Made by a program: the position numbers and the translations under genes. A DNA stretch of 64,000 nucleotides from Naegleria gruberi (taxonomy: Eukaryota). The stretch is from assembly GCA_000004985.1 (NCBI GenBank), contig GG738851.1. One strand, written 5' to 3'. Shown here piece after piece: positions 1 to 11,553 of the stretch; within the stretch, counting starts at the first letter, position 1, and every line of letters starts with the position of its first letter. The notes below the pieces were generated by a model. That model worked only from the letters and a program-made list of their open reading frames with translations. It searched no databases and was not told the origin of the DNA.

Positions 1-279
1 TTCTTATTGCTATTGGTAGTTAGTGTTGTTTTTGCAATTTAAAGAATTGTAAAACTTGGAACTTGGAAGGCAAATTTCAAAATAACTGTAGTTTCAAGTT
101 AAATATATAGTAACTCTCTTATTAGGTAATTCAATTGAATGTTTAATATTTTTTCATATCCAGTATGGCTAAGTTTAAACCCATTTATGAATAAGAAACA
201 ATTATTTTTCATCCAAACTAACTTTATTACTATAGCTAACTGTTACAAATATTTGGAATGCATAGAGGAAAATGAAATC

Positions 280-1673
280 TTAATAATCAGAACCTCTACT
301 CAATACTTCCTTGCAGGTTGGTCTCAAGAAGATGGTATGTTCAAATTGAGCAGTATGACATCCCTTAACATCTACAAATGGTGGATATTCATGAACAATT
401 CCATTATTAACCAAATCACGAAGAGCAACAAGATATTTCTTTTGACCGGTTCTGTCCAAATATCTACGACAGAATGGAATGGATCCAAAATGATCATTGA
501 TAACCTTGAGCAACTCTCTGGATTCCTTATTTCTCAACTCAGAGCCATCACCATGGTAGGTGAATTCTCTTCCATAATGAGAGGATACACCTTCTTCAAC
601 AACATATCCCTTACCAGTAGTACCGAAAGTTTCAATTGCAAAGAATTCATTCTCTTCCATTTTGGTATTGTCTGGAGAAGCAACGATTGGAACTGATTTA
701 GTTGAATGGACACGATATCTTTCGATTGAGTGTCCACACAAGTTTTCAATACTTTTAACTCTGTGAGTCTTTCCATTAATAGTCTATTAGTATTAGTTCA
801 ACAAGCAATTAACATTGTAAATATAAATGAATAAGAAAAAATACATACAACTTCATAAGATTCCATTACTTCTTGAATGGCAGCTCCAACATCTCCCAAT
901 CTAACATCAATGCCAGCTGTTCTGACACCCATGTTTGTTGCTTCCTTGACAGCATCCAATAATGGTTGATATTGATCATTCCAACACATGGTAAATGCAG
1001 AATCAATAATGGTTCCATTTACATGAGTTCCCAAATCAAACTTGATAACATCATCCTTTCCAATAACGGTTTCATCTCCACCATTTGGTGAATAATGAGC
1101 AGCAACATGATTGATGGAACAACCCAATGGAAAAGCAAGTCCACTCTTCTTCTTGTCAGCTTCCAACAATTCTCTAGCCTTTGCTTCATACATTTCAGCT
1201 GCATCAATAACCTTCATTCCAGGTTTAACAACTGAATCCTTGAACCATTTTCTGGCAGTTCTGTGAACCTCAGCTGCATGTCTTGCTTCCTTGAGACGTT
1301 CTTGCAACTTTTCATCTCTTTCTTCAGCACCAGGCTTCAACTCAGAAGGATGAAATCTCTTGGTCTTGTAATCGTATTGTCCCAATTCACAGATTTCTCC
1401 CTCTGGAAACTTTCCGTCCTTATACAAATACTTGATTGGTACAGTTGGTTCAGGTTGAGTTTGTTCAGTTGGCCATACTTTTTGTTTGTTTGGATGATTT
1501 TTAGTTGGTTGAACAGACTTTGAGCTTTCCTTTTCATTCTTCTTGCTCATTTCCATCAAAAACTTCATCTCATCATTGGAATTAATTTTTACATTCTTCT
1601 TCTTGGAAGTGGTTGATCCGCCTCCTCTGGTGGAGAGAGTTTGTGCAGATAGAGTACTCTTCTTGATGGACAT
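280..1673 (-). CDS. Methionine aminopeptidase 2 (MetAP2), two exons: complement(join(280..783,849..1673)), ~442 aa
   Basis: Translation matches the MetAP2 family: a Lys-rich N-terminal extension, then the core ending ...[25 protein letters not shown]. Exon 1 ends ESYEV. A 65-nt intron (GTATGT...TAG) joins in frame to [20 protein letters not shown]. Confidence 0.85.
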
Positions 1674-1994
1674 TTTAATAATAATAATAGTAGTGGTTGG
1701 TGGTTGGTTTTGTAGTAGTTAAACTAGAACAATAATATTAACACAATAGTGCGTGAAAGGAATAAAGTAAAGAGGCTTTTTTTCTTTCAAAGTTTTTGGT
1801 GTTTGGACGTAATCAAAAGAAGATACTGTAATGATAGGTATTGCAAGAAAATTGTGATGTTACTAAAATTTAAGTATTGTGAAATTACAAGGACAAATGT
1901 TTACAGAAGAATCTTGTAATTAAATTTGAATGATTGTGAGAAGTGTTCTAAAGAATCCACAAGGAAGCAAGGAGTTTTGGGGTGAAATAAAAAA

Positions 1995-2112
1995 GACTAC
2001 AGCACCACAGGTTCCCAAGTTGTCTCCAACCTCAGTACTGATGTGGCTCGACGATGCTTAACTTCTCAAATCGGACGGGATGAGGTGCATGAATCGTGAT
2101 ATGGCCGTAGCC
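1995..2112 (-). rRNA. 5S ribosomal RNA gene, copy 1 (118 nt)
   Basis: Reverse complement reads GGCTACGGCCATATCACGATTCATGCACCTCATCCCGTCCGATTTGAGAAGTTAAGCATCGTCGAGCC...GGGAACCTGTGGTGCTGTAGTC. It carries the canonical eukaryotic 5S blocks (CATCCCGTCCGAT, GAAGTTAAGC, GTACT, GGTGCTGTAG), and the 5' and 3' ends pair as helix I. A T6 Pol III terminator follows the 3' end. Confidence 0.9.
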
Positions 2113-2642
2113 AATCAATACCTTATTTTGTGAAATATAAAACGATTTGACCCTCCTTTTCAATAGGATTTTAATGCTTCTAATCTCAATTCAAAGTCAA
2201 TCTGTCAACTCTATATCATCACTGGATCTGATTCATTACATTAGAGAAGAAAGTTTAGAGCTTCATTCTCCACTTCGTAGTGATTGGAACCACTTGCAAT
2301 TCTCTGAAGAATTACTGATAGTTCAATTTCGTAAATATCGAAAGATTTTTTTGGATGGTTCTCTTCATTATACGTGAATATCTACTCAAAGTTATGGTTG
2401 TAATATTGACCAATTGTTTCTAATTCAGATTCCTTTTCTGTAAGATTACTGTAGAAACTGTTGAAAAATGTTACATGAAAATCCGAAGAAAATCAACATT
2501 GTTTGCTATTCCTCCTCTTAATTGGAAGGTCTTGGAACGAATCCCTTTTCACTTGGAAAATAATTCCTTGCATTGACATGTTCAAAAACATTTAAAAGGT
2601 CAACCATGCCAAATTCTAAAGTTTAAAGATTGTTCAAGATCC

Positions 2643-4100
2643 ATGAATTTCTTTAAATTGACATGGATTACACGCAACCTTTTCATTGAAGAAAAAAACA
2701 TGTACTTCTCCAGATGTATCACCAACAAGTTGTTAGTTTCAGCTACAACTTTTTCTGCAACATGCATGGCCATTCTCATGGCTTTGATCATGTTATCATC
2801 AGTAACAACAGCCAATTCGCAAACCTATTCATTCAATAAGGATATGGACTACTTTTCATCGAATTATGTTGAAGCTTATCAAAAGTTTAAACAAGTTTGT
2901 GAAGCAACAGGTGGTTACAAGTACTCAGAGTATGAGCTTCCTTCCATTCTTGGTCTTCAAGGTGAAAAATTGTACATGTCTGCATGCTTCCATGAAGAAC
3001 GTGCCAACATGTTGAAGAATAGTGCTGAATCCAATGTTTTCCTTACCTTCTCAGGTGTACATGGACAAGAGGGATTTGCAGGAAGTCCAATTCAGATTGC
3101 CATGATAAAGAATGACACCAAGTATCAATTCAATCTCCCTGAAAATACCTATCCTATTCACATTCACATGTTAAATCCATATGGAGCCAGTTATGCAACA
3201 AAGGAAAATGAAAACAATGTCGACATGTTGAAGAATTTGAATGAACATTACATTGATGTACCTGGTTGGGAAATTTCAAAGAATGTTTTATTGGAACAAT
3301 TCATTGATAATATGAATATTTCATATATTCACTTGGAATCTGTTCAAGCACAAGCAGTCAACTACTTTAACACCCTATTGGCAAAAGTTGGTCTTCCAGC
3401 ATTCACACAATCATCAGTCCTTGGACAAATTCACAGAAAAATTGGAATTGCCTACGCAGGAACTACAGAAGAATGGACAGCCAAGCAAGTTAAAATCATT
3501 TTGAATCAACTCTTGAAAGGCTACTCCTCCGAATATACCAAGAGTAGAAAGGTTTTATATATTGACTTGCACACTGCTGTTGGTGAGTATGGAAATGTGT
3601 ATGCCATGTTCGATCCTGAATGGATTCCATTCGCTAAACAATACCTCCTCAAGAATGAATACATTCACGACAATTTATTTCCATTTCCGAATGGTAAATA
3701 TTTTGGACATTTCATTAAGGAGTTGGCCCTAATGAGTGGAAGCAAGGCCAATTTAACTATTGTTCCAACTGCTTGGGAAATTGGTACATTCCCACAAGAT
3801 GCCTATCAAAATTACTTTTTATTTCAATTGAATTGTAGATTCTATCAAAATATAACTGATAGAAATCCAAACTTTTGTCCATTTGTGAATTCCAAAGTTG
3901 GTGAATATTTCTATCCTCAAGATGACAATTGGAAGTCTTGGGCCTTTGGAAATTTGACAATTGCAATGAGAAGTTCAATGAATGGAATGAATCAATGGAT
4001 TTTGGAAGAAAAGTGGAGAGTTGCAAGTTTGGCAAATTGTAATATTATGCAATCATTCATGGTTATTGTAATGATTATTTGTTTGATTGTTTTATTGTAA
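2643..4100 (+). CDS. Secreted M14-like (DUF2817-like) zinc-carboxypeptidase-fold protein, probably GPI-anchored. The real start is probably the internal Met near 2766 that opens a signal peptide.
   Basis: Signal-peptide-like MAILMALIMLSSVTTANS and a C-terminal hydrophobic tail. SGVHGQEGFAG resembles the M14/AstE-AspA HxxE zinc-binding motif, and LNPYGASY resembles the M14 NPDG motif. A 230-bp relic of this gene sits in the inverted right arm. Confidence 0.5.
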   Translation: MNFFKLTWITRNLFIEEKNMYFSRCITNKLLVSATTFSATCMAILMALIMLSSVTTANSQTYSFNKDMDYFSSNYVEAYQKFKQVCEATGGYKYSEYELPSILGLQGEKLYMSACFHEERANMLKNSAESNVFLTFSGVHGQEGFAGSPIQIAMIKNDTKYQFNLPENTYPIHIHMLNPYGASYATKENENNVDMLKNLNEHYIDVPGWEISKNVLLEQFIDNMNISYIHLESVQAQAVNYFNTLLAKVGLPAFTQSSVLGQIHRKIGIAYAGTTEEWTAKQVKIILNQLLKGYSSEYTKSRKVLYIDLHTAVGEYGNVYAMFDPEWIPFAKQYLLKNEYIHDNLFPFPNGKYFGHFIKELALMSGSKANLTIVPTAWEIGTFPQDAYQNYFLFQLNCRFYQNITDRNPNFCPFVNSKVGEYFYPQDDNWKSWAFGNLTIAMRSSMNGMNQWILEEKWRVASLANCNIMQSFMVIVMIICLIVLL

Positions 4101-4736
4101 ACATTTTAATAAATAATTTGTTGAATTGGATTGATAATTGATATTATATTAATGGAACAATTGTGAAAGATTTGAGTGGGTCTGCAATGTTTTTAAATTA
4201 TTTGGTGGAGGAAAGAATTGGTGGAAAAATAGAGTAACAGAGGAAGTGTAAAGATACATCGATGTTTTAAGGTCAGAAGACATGATACTTTTACAATAGT
4301 TGGTAAATATTGGACATAATCTATTCTGACAAGTTCTATTTAAATAACTCTTCAAGTATTGAAATTACAGTTGATTCCTGGGTGTTACAAAATTTAGCTT
4401 GAATTAACGAGTCTGAAACTATAGGGTTCCATATCGCTATCCTGAACTGAGGGATAATTGAATACATAAAATTCTTCAATCTGAATTGCGATTAGGATCC
4501 TGTCAATGGTTGTTGTTCCAACTCCTCTTTCAATAATGATCATAATTCTGCTCGTTTAAATATGAGCACAAATCAACTAGAATCATGCGCGCAGAATTAA
4601 AAGTATAAATTTTAGGTTTAAATTTTATGGATTTGAAACACAACTCTAATTCCAAACACAAAAAAACAAATTCACAACTAGTTTTTGAATTTAATTCTAT
4701 CTGCACTAACAGTTTACAATCGTAATACAGTACAAT

Positions 4737-5848
4737 ATGAAATACGTCAATTTGGGTGAAAGTGGTTTAAAAGTTTCTCAACTTTGCTTGGGTTGCATGA
4801 GTTTTGGATCTTCCAAGTGGATTCCTTGGGTTTTGGAAGAAGAGGAATCATTGAGAATATTGAAGAAGGCATGGGATTTGGGCATCAACTTTTTCGACAC
4901 TGCCAATATTTACAGCAATGGAGAAAGTGAAAGAATTTTAGGCAAGTTCATTAAGGAATTCAACATTTCAAGAGAGGAAATTGTGGTTGCTACCAAAGTT
5001 TGTGGACCATTGGATCATTCTGGTGAACAAAAACTCATTATGAATAGTAATCAAGGTAAACCAAATACTATGGGTCTTTCCAGAAAGCACATTATGCATG
5101 CAGTTGAGGATTCATTGCAAAGATTGGGTCTTGATTGTAAGTTTTACTTTCTTCTTGTGATTTTAAATGAAAAATTTAAATAGACATTGATTTGTACATT
5201 ATCCATCGTTGGGATGAACAAACACCAATTGAAGAAACTATGGAAGCTCTCCATGATTTGGTTAAATCTGGAAAGGTCAGATACATTGGTGCCTCTACTA
5301 TGTTTGCTTGGCAATTTTCCAAAGCTCAACATTATGCTGAGAAGAAGGGATTGACTAAATTCATTTCCATGCAAAATCTGTACAATCTCATCTATAGAGA
5401 AGAGGAGAGAGAAATGAATCCATTGTGTGTTGATCAAGGTGTTTCACTCACACCTTGGGGACCTCTTTCTAATGGAATGTTAGCTCGTGCTCATGAATTT
5501 GTCAATGCTGAGGAGAAGGCAATTGAAACTACTGAAAATAATTCCAAGAGACAAAATACTGATATTGTTCAAACCATATTTAAGGGCAATTTGACTGAAG
5601 GTGATAAGGAAACTTTGAGAAAAGTTTCTGAAATTGCCAAGAAGAGAAACGTTTCTCCAGCTCAAATTGCACTTGCTTGGTTACTTTCCAAACCTGGAGT
5701 TGTAAGTCCAGTAATTGGTGCAACAAAGGCCATTAATGTTGAGCTCAATGTTCAAGCACTGGAAATTGAATTGACTGAAGAGGAGAAGAAGATTTTAGAA
5801 GGAGCCTACTCTGCAAAGGAAATTCAAGGAATGTTCAAATTAAATTAA
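4737..5848 (+). CDS. Aldo-keto reductase (aryl-alcohol dehydrogenase / Kv-beta-like AKR), join(4737..5136,5184..5848), 355 aa
   Basis: AKR hallmarks are present: GxxxLGxMSFG, DTANIY, and LGLD|YIDLYIIHRWD spanning a 47-nt GTAAGT...AAATAG intron. The stop of ORF 4737..5183 is the last 3 nt of the intron. A near-identical inverted copy lies at 32633..33744. Confidence 0.85.
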
Positions 5849-6236
5849 TGTGACACCAATTCTTGCTTAAAAGAATTTTTTAAGACATGTTTCTTAGTGT
5901 CATCAATAAATTTTCAACAAAGTTATTGGATTTAACACATTTAGATTATTAATTTGTGGCTATTCTTTTTAGTTTAATGGACGGGAAGCCTGTCAGGAAT
6001 ATAACGACAATCCCGCTACAGTCTTTGACTGTATGAACAGTGAAGGCAACGAAGACAGAATCTTGTTGGTTCAGGTTTTGTTTGAAGAAATTGTTAAGGT
6101 TGATAAAACCTCATATTTATTAAACTTTTGCCATGTTGAATTGCAGGATACAAATTTTGGTTTCTCATATTCTGATCAATTCGAAATTGAAACTTCATAT
6201 ATTTACAATTTACTGAATTATTTACAAGTTGCAATT

Positions 6237-6530
6237 TTACATCTTTTTCGATTTGGTAATCTTCTTAGTTGTGGTGTTTGATTGTTTAGCTCTCTTTTCA
6301 ATTGAATTTTTCGAAGATCTTTTAACTGAAATTTGTTTACCATTTAAATTTGCATGATGATAATCAATATTATTACGATGTCTTGTTCCACTTATAATAT
6401 TAGATGTATCAATATCAAATAATGGTAATCTTTTAGATAAATCAATTGGTTTAGATCTTGTCCATTCTGTTTTTGTTGGAATTCTATCTTCGGAAGATGA
6501 AGTATTTGATGAAGTATTTCTAGCTGGCAT
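6237..6530 (-). CDS. Small basic Ser/Thr/Lys-rich protein (97 aa), function unknown
   Basis: The ORF is conserved almost perfectly (1 aa change) in the inverted copy at 31964..32257, while the flanking DNA carries indels. A diverged paralogous fragment lies at 31546..31761. No recognisable domain. Confidence 0.35.
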   Translation of the reverse strand: MPARNTSSNTSSSEDRIPTKTEWTRSKPIDLSKRLPLFDIDTSNIISGTRHRNNIDYHHANLNGKQISVKRSSKNSIEKRAKQSNTTTKKITKSKKM

Positions 6531-7534
6531 TTTGCTCTTAGTTTTTGTTATTTAGTTATTTTGTTTTGTTGTGGAAATTTCATCATCCGAGCTAACAGTT
6601 ATCTATTTATTTCCATGATGATTTCCACTAATTTTGTGATTCCGATTTTTAGTGGATCTTCCACTCATCACAAGAATTTTTCTATTAATATTTTGATGAA
6701 AGGAAATTTAATGAAAATCAACAAACAAAAGAAAATAACAAGCAAAACTTCTAAATCAATCACAGAATTCTTTAGAAATGAGAAACAAACAATTCAAAAT
6801 GTGGTAATCTCCATAAAACTCAAAATTTTGTAAACCTAAGCAATCATTGTAAATAAAACCAAAATGTAAATATTCAGTAAAGTACACAGTTGAATTGTTT
6901 TGACCTATTTTCTTTATTTTCTTCTGAACTGCTGATTCAATTCGCATCCTGCATAAATTTCAAAGTAATTATATCAATTCTGTGTTTGCCCTCCTTCTCA
7001 ATTTTTTCCTGTGAGGGATCATCTGGTATGATTTCTAGCTCTGTTAAATAATAGAACAACTCCTTTTTCTCAAAAACAACAAACCTTTTCGGATGTTTCA
7101 CTTTGTGTCCATTAATTAATCCAACATACTCATAAAATGTAATAAAGAAATTGGTGATTAGTTCTGTAAGAAAAAAAGGGTGTGTCAGATCTGTGGTGGC
7201 AGAACCGTCAGAAATCGGCCCACAGACTTGCTCACAGCCCCGATCATTTGAAGTAGTGGTATTTCAAGTATGCCTGTTGGCTCTCACCTATGCTACACCT
7301 TCAACGAACACGGTTTGGTTGCAGTGTAATCCCTCAATTGGTTCTGCCAATGACAATGAATTGTCTGCAAACTCTAGATGGTTTGAAAATGTCTGATATG
7401 GTTGTGGTTGAGAGATAATTGATATTTAAAACTCCATCTCAGGATTGACATCTTCACATCCATTTTCTCATTTCTAAAATTCCTTTGCCCACTTGTTTAA
7501 GTCAAGTAAAGACAAAATACCAAAAAGATAAAAA

Positions 7535-7652
7535 GACTACAGCACCACAGGTTCCCAAGTTGTCTCCAACCTCAGTACTGATGTGGCTCGACGATGCTTA
7601 ACTTCTCAAATCGGACGGGATGAGGTGCATTCATCGTGATATGGCCGTAGCC
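7535..7652 (-). rRNA. 5S ribosomal RNA gene, copy 2 (118 nt)
   Basis: Same 5S sequence as copy 1 with microheterogeneity (GATGAATG instead of GATTCATG). Followed by a T5 terminator. The upstream ~40 nt resembles the flank of copy 1. Confidence 0.9.
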
Positions 7653-7813
7653 ATTCACTTTCTTAATTTTCGAAATACAAACCGGTTTGATCCTCAATCA
7701 AATATTTGTAATCAAATTCTTTGCACTTCAGTTGCAACATCTTAATAATTCTTTGTTTTTATAAAAATACAAGTATTGTTCATTAAATAATTGTTTAGGG
7801 AATAGTACAATAA

Positions 7814-9292
7814 TTAATTTCTGGAATAGTCAAAATCGTCAAAGTTTTGATTTTCTTCCTTATCAATAACTTCGGCAAATGAATCAACAGCACGTTCAGA
7901 TGTGAATTCTTCATCAAAGTATTTGATATCATCTCCATCTCTGAGTTGTGGTCTGAATGGAGGTTCCAATTGTCGTTGATATAATTGTTCCCAATCAATA
8001 TTTGAGAAGAATGGATGTGATTTGATTTCTTGAGCATCAGTTGGACCACCTCCCAAACGTTTGAATTCTTCTCTTTCCAAGAGACCTCTCAGTAAGGATT
8101 GTGCATCAGGTGGAATGAATTGTGGGAATTTGAGTGGAGCCTTCAAAATTAATTCGTACATTTCATTGATGTTTTCAGAGTAGAATGGTGGCAAACCAAC
8201 CATCATTTCGTATAATAAGATACCTAAACTCCACCAATCGACTGCCTTAGCGTGACCTTGTCCCTTGAGGATTTCTGGAGCCAAATATTCAGGAGTACTA
8301 AACATTTATAATTAGAAAAAATTTAAAAGATTGATTACATACCCACAGAATGTATAAGTTGGAGTAGCATTAGAAATGGATGTCTTGGCCAAACCAAAAT
8401 CTGTCAAGACAACATAACCATCTGAATCCAAAACAACATTTTCTGGTTTCAAATCTCTGTAAATAATATCATTCTTGTGCAAGTGTTCAATGGCCAAAAC
8501 AATTTGAGCAGCATAGAACTTGGCACGTTCAACGTCAAATTTGGTTTCTTCTTTCAAGTGGAAGAACAATTCACCACCTGGCAAGAATTGAAGAACTAGA
8601 TAGAGTTTTTCATCTGTTTGGAATGCATAGTACAATTTGACAATGAATGGATGGTTAATTTCTTGGAGAATTTGCTTTTCAGCCTTTCTATATATGGTGT
8701 AAAAGAGGTGTAAGGTCAATTAGAAAATTGTAAATATTTGGAAATATTAAAATACGTACGTGTGAGAAACCATGTTTTCTTTAACAATCATATCCTTACG
8801 CAAAACCTTCATGGCGAAAATTTCTGTAGTATTCTTTCTTCTAACTTTCATAACTTTTCCGAAACTGCCTCTACCAACGACGGCAATCAATTCAAAATCA
8901 TCCAAAGTGACCTTCTTTGCTTCAGCACTATTTCCACTTGAAACCAACAATGTACTACTCGAAGTATCATTTTTCATTTCCATCTTGGTTTGTTCTAAAC
9001 CCTTTTTATCATTCTTTGGCTTATAGTCAATAGCTCTTTGTAATTCATCCATCCACTTTTTATAATCAAGTTCAGATTCACAAATCAATTCATAGACACG
9101 TGAAAGATTTGGACCACTCAATTTCAATCCGAGTGACTTGTTTCCATCCTTTTCAACTTTGGCATTTGTCAGGACAATGACACCTGTTGGACGCTTATCT
9201 GTATTCTTTTTGTAATAGTACAAGTGTTTACCTCTCAATTCAAACCATCTACGACGGTGAGCAAGAGTATTAAATCCACCTCTCTTTCTCAT
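7814..9292 (-). CDS. AKT/PKB-like AGC Ser/Thr kinase with N-terminal PH domain, complement(join(7814..8297,8343..8687,8760..9292)), ~453 aa
   Basis: PH domain ([16 protein letters not shown]). Kinase motifs [19 protein letters not shown], and TFCG|TPEYLAPE split by a 45-nt intron. C-terminal hydrophobic motif FDDFDYS. Exon 1 and exon 2 are joined across a 71-nt intron (SHT|KAEKQILQ). The listing 'TTTTCAG' immediately upstream of the ATG suggests a possible 5' intron or unresolved first exon. Confidence 0.85.
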
Positions 9293-10330
9293 ATAACCTG
9301 AAAAATCTGGTTGTTCAAATGACTATATGATAGTTATTTTGTTATTATTAATTTGATGTATGTAGCAATCATTCACCATTAGTAGGATAAATTCATCAAT
9401 GGTATTACATTAATTATTATTATAATAATATTATTGTTCATAATTATTATTCAAATAGTAAAGTCAACCGATCAAATCACAAAAACCGAACCGTATTATC
9501 AAATAATAGCAAGAAACAAGAATTGGGTGTGATTATCATCATCATAGGGGAGAGAGAAGAAAACATTCAGTATTACAGTTGGTGTGTTTTTTGTTCAAAG
9601 TAAAATTTAAAAAAGAGCGCGGCAAGTTTTATACAGCAAGCAGGATAACAAGCAATTACGGTATATCATCATATCATTATCAAAAGAATCACATGAATGT
9701 CGCAACAATATATATATTATCAAACAATTGTCTCTGTGTTATTATACTACTATTATTGACTAGTAAAAATACGTACGTCCATCATTTTCTCTGTTTTTTT
9801 GTGTTGGGTGATTTGGTTATAATGTTACTTGTGTTGTTGCTGGTCGAGGAAGAAGTGAGGGAGCAATATTGTGAAATGCGCAGCAGTTTAGCTGTTGTTG
9901 ATTTTGGTTAACACAATGAACTCGTTTTTTTGCAATATATAAAATTGTGATAATTGACAGACAGTTGTTGCATGTCTTGCGGCAAAAGCAAATCAGGTCA
10001 CACAAAAGAGCTTGCCATCAACGTTGAATGACTACTACTATTGTAATGGAAATGTTGTTTGGTTACGAATCACTTGATCTTTGTAAACAGGTCGAAAATG
10101 GTCATCAGATGAAAACAAAACAACATTAAGTGTTCTGAAAGTTTTGATAAAAGTTTAGTTCTGATATTTTCAAAGCAATTCCAATAGAAATTGAACACTT
10201 TATCCAGTGCCATTTGCTCAATGGTACAAGGTTTGATGCAAGTGAGTGAACTACTTCCTTTGAACTTGGCAGAACATTTTTGAATATCCAAAATTTTTGA
10301 AAGGAAAGATCTGTAAATCAAGTTAAAAAA

Positions 10331-11146
10331 ATGGTGTTTCGTCTCTTCTCAAAGATTAGAACAGTTGATGCTAATGATGACCTTTCAACTGTTTCAGAAC
10401 AACACAAAGAAGAATCTAACGTTACAGTGGGGGTAGTTTCCGATACAGTTTCACCATTAAAAAATACGAAACATTCTCTCAAAATAGTAGACAAATTAAA
10501 TAGGGACGAATTATTAATTGTTGGATGTTTTCTAAATACTTCCGAGCTAGCAAATCTTGCTTCATGTAATCAACAATTACTGGAATTATTCTTTAATTTG
10601 ACAATTGACAAGGTCAATTTAATAGCAAAGAGGAAAAAAAAATTCTCAAGTATGAACATGGATTCAAGAATTGTTTCAATCAAGGATGTGTACCAAGAGA
10701 ATGATGAATTATTCTCAACAACTCAAACAATAATTTGGAAACCACTTGTTCTACATTATTTTCCAAGTTATTCGAAATCTCTGAATGTGAAAAATTGGAT
10801 GCACGTATTAAGGAGAAGATTCACACACCTTCAGATACACATGCCAAGATCCAAAAACCAAAACCAAATTCAAATAATTGACAGTAGTGATAAATACAAA
10901 AGGGAATTCGTTGAAGGTTGCGAATGGGAATACGAATGTCCACTCAAAATCACCTCAATGACTTACATTTCCGAGGAAAAGGTATTTTGCAATGTCTGTA
11001 AGGAGAATATTTACAAAGTTCACAATCAAACCGATTTGAAGTATCACACCGAACAAGGACATTGTGTCATTCTAACTGAAAAAAAACATGTTAAAATTGG
11101 AAAGACATATAATCCTGATTATCATGAACTTCCTGCTGTTCGTTAA
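10331..11146 (+). CDS. F-box-like protein with C-terminal Cys/His-rich zinc-finger-like region (271 aa)
   Basis: F-box-like LNRDELLIVGCFLNTSELANLASCNQQLLELF. C-terminal CxWEYECP...CNVCKEN...HxxxxxxH...HC cluster. Confidence 0.5.
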   Translation: MVFRLFSKIRTVDANDDLSTVSEQHKEESNVTVGVVSDTVSPLKNTKHSLKIVDKLNRDELLIVGCFLNTSELANLASCNQQLLELFFNLTIDKVNLIAKRKKKFSSMNMDSRIVSIKDVYQENDELFSTTQTIIWKPLVLHYFPSYSKSLNVKNWMHVLRRRFTHLQIHMPRSKNQNQIQIIDSSDKYKREFVEGCEWEYECPLKITSMTYISEEKVFCNVCKENIYKVHNQTDLKYHTEQGHCVILTEKKHVKIGKTYNPDYHELPAVR

Positions 11147-11553
11147 CTCTCTGTACAATTGGACTCGAATTTTCTTGTTATTGTAACAATGGATGATAAA
11201 ACTCAAGACACATCTCCAATGATGTCTCTCCAAACCAGTATTCCTGTTAATGAAATTCATCATTAGTGGAAACATATTTTTTTCCTTCTCTCTTAACCCT
11301 TATTTAATAATAAGTTCAATGCTTAAAAAAATGGATGTAGAATACGTCCTGTGTGCTGCACAAAGTTATCGAAATGGATGCAAAGATAGAGACAATTATG
11401 GAAGACATTAAAACATTGAAATATCCGAAAGAAATGTGATTGTGATTGTTTGGGTTGCAAGGATTTTTGAATGATTCTGAGAATACTTGCATAACAATTA
11501 TATTCCTTAATTAATTTAAAATAAATTATTTTTGAATAAAGAGAGACTGAGAT

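Larger units (their letters stand above)
1995..7652. repeat. Left arm of a large inverted segmental duplication (5S - M14-like - AKR - small ORF - 5S)
   Basis: Matches 30986..34882 in reverse orientation. AKR nucleotide identity is ~99%. The left arm carries a GC-rich stretch (~7060-7534) that the right arm lacks. Confidence 0.8.

Noticed and set aside
139-696. 185-aa plus-strand ORF
   Set aside because: It lies antisense to the well-supported MetAP2 exon 2 and has low-complexity composition. It is a spurious shadow ORF.
7151-7396. 81-aa ORF across the GC-rich island as a protein gene
   Set aside because: No protein-like periodicity or recognisable motif, and it is absent from the other arm. 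It is treated as a non-coding anomaly.
1995-7652. The 5S-flanked segment as a transposable element
   Set aside because: No terminal inverted or direct repeats beyond the 5S genes themselves, no target-site duplication, and no transposase, integrase or RT ORFs anywhere in the window. It is better explained as a segmental duplication mediated by dispersed 5S copies.
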